Shown: positions 19,040 through 20,000 of the stretch, piece after piece
Layout: the number at the start of each line of letters is the position of its first letter
Numbering within the stretch: position 1 is the stretch's first letter
Position numbers and translations under genes: made by a program
From: Halocafeteria seosinensis
Lineage: Eukaryota
Direction of reading: 5' to 3'
DNA length: 20,000 nt
NCBI GenBank assembly: GCA_001687465.1
Contig: LVLI01000549.1
Coordinates: 48,515-68,514 of the forward strand
Notes under the pieces: generated by a model
Database searches by the model: none
Seen by the model: only the letters and a program-made list of their open reading frames with translations
What the model was told of the DNA's origin: nothing

Positions 19040-19778
19040 ATGCAGTTTTTAGAACGAACCGGAGAACGGACGAGCCCTGAGTAAGTGTCTTTACATAATA
19101 GCGGTATGTCTAGAAGAGTTAACTGTATCTGCGGATCGCAAAGTCATAGTGAGGCATCAACATATCGCAAGAAGTGAAGTCCATATCCGACGACCACCAC
19201 CTCGCACAGAATACTCTTCATGTTATATGTCATCTTATCTTGGTCGAATGCGTGCATGCAGTACAAATCCGTCTGTATATGAATATACGTGGAAAACGGA
19301 TTGGATGGACGGTATTACCAAATCTATAACCGTCTACAAGGCTGCCCGGTATACTGGAGATCTACCCATTGACAGAGATCACCTTAACGTTAGCAGGACG
19401 GTTGTTACGAAATGGACATGCTGTGAGTTGATTTTACCGATCCTGCTGACGCCAGTTCTCTTGCTTGGATTCTGCATCCATTCGTGCATCTTTCACGCGA
19501 GGGTGAAACCGAGGCATGAGAAGAAGTGCGCCAAAGAATTCGATAAGTTTAATGAGGCGGTTTGTCAGAAGATCTACGGACGGTATCAAGCGTTGACAAA
19601 TACGAATGCGCAGGGCACTGCAATCGGTATTGGAGCTGCCTTTGGTCAACAGAGTCTGCCGAACTTGCCGGCACCTCCGTCCTCAAATGCAGCTGCGCAG
19701 GCGCTTCCTGGTCAACGAAACCAATTCGCCTTTCAGCAACTCCACGGGCAGTCACAATACGGTGCCACTAATCCTTGA
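19040..19778 (+). CDS. Small hypothetical protein with one predicted hydrophobic/TM segment and a Q/P/A/G-rich C-tail; 185 or 193 aa depending on splicing
   Basis: ATG at 19040 (acaATG), 41-nt exon ending at a consensus GTAAGT donor (19081). A GCATGCAG acceptor at 19261 joins in frame to the 19262-19778 part of the 209-aa ORF (TNPSVYEYTWK...CCELILPILLTPVLLLGFCIHSCIF...GATNP*). An optional 24-nt exon at 19150-19173 keeps the frame. No family recognised. Confidence 0.6.
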
Positions 19779-19873
19779 ACGTCATAGAACCAAGAAACAC
19801 ACTACTATAGCTCTTAAGAACACATTGGGTTTCTTTCGAAAGCAAGCGATAAGTTAGTTTCCTGACCTGATGC

Positions 19874-19929
19874 CATCCCCAGCCGGACTTCCATCCCCCA
19901 CAGGGAACCGGGGACGCATCCCAACCAGC
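19874..19929 (+). repeat. Degenerate ~56-bp direct repeat, copy 2
   Basis: CATCCCCAGCCGGA (19874-19887), then CTTCCATCCC, a variable middle with a TCCCC..GGGGA stem, and ATCCCAACCAGC (19918-19929). Same orientation and block order as 18749-18808. Confidence 0.85.
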
Positions 19930-20000
19930 CTAAATACACCCGAAGAGGAACCGTATTTCGTACTACTTAGGTGGATCTGTGTCAAGGGAGAGTAAAAAGA

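Noticed and set aside
18749..19929. Intact LTR retrotransposon or TRIM bounded by the direct repeats
   Set aside because: The repeats are only about 60 bp with patchy identity, lack TG...CA ends and an evident target-site duplication, and the enclosed gene has no gag/pol motifs.
1..20000. Alternative genetic code or stop-codon reassignment
   Set aside because: The reconstructed genes end in TAA, TAG and TGA and have no in-frame stops after splicing.

Overview
Gene-dense eukaryotic (protist-like) genomic DNA in the standard genetic code. The nine well-supported introns are short GT-AG spliceosomal introns (61-123 nt); all end in RCAG and seven in GCAG. The ORF track therefore fragments most genes, and I rebuilt them by hand. 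In order: a CTL/SLC44/PNS1 choline-transporter-like gene running off the left edge (-); the ribosome-maturation GTPase EFL1/Ria1 (+, 3 exons, 1251 aa); a DOT1-like class I SAM methyltransferase (+, 2 exons, 433 aa); a divergent, apparently intronless Sec1/Munc18-family SCFD2/MIP3-like gene (-, 1127 aa); a divergent, apparently intronless RIC1-domain gene (+, 1283 aa); a 2OG-Fe(II) oxygenase (-, 5 exons, 374 aa); a decayed coding-like stretch; and a small orphan single-TM gene. The most notable observations are: (1) the SCFD2-like and RIC1-like trafficking genes sit head-to-head with only 46 bp between their first ATGs, and only 33 bp separate the SCFD2-like and DOT1-like stop codons; (2) two ~60-bp degenerate direct repeats with conserved blocks and hairpin potential bracket the orphan gene; (3) a perfect 53-bp tandem duplication with CTAG microhomology spans the RIC1-like stop. 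I found no CRISPR array, rRNA, tRNA or intact mobile element. I cannot establish a clearly novel biological system from the sequence alone, and the organism cannot be identified here.
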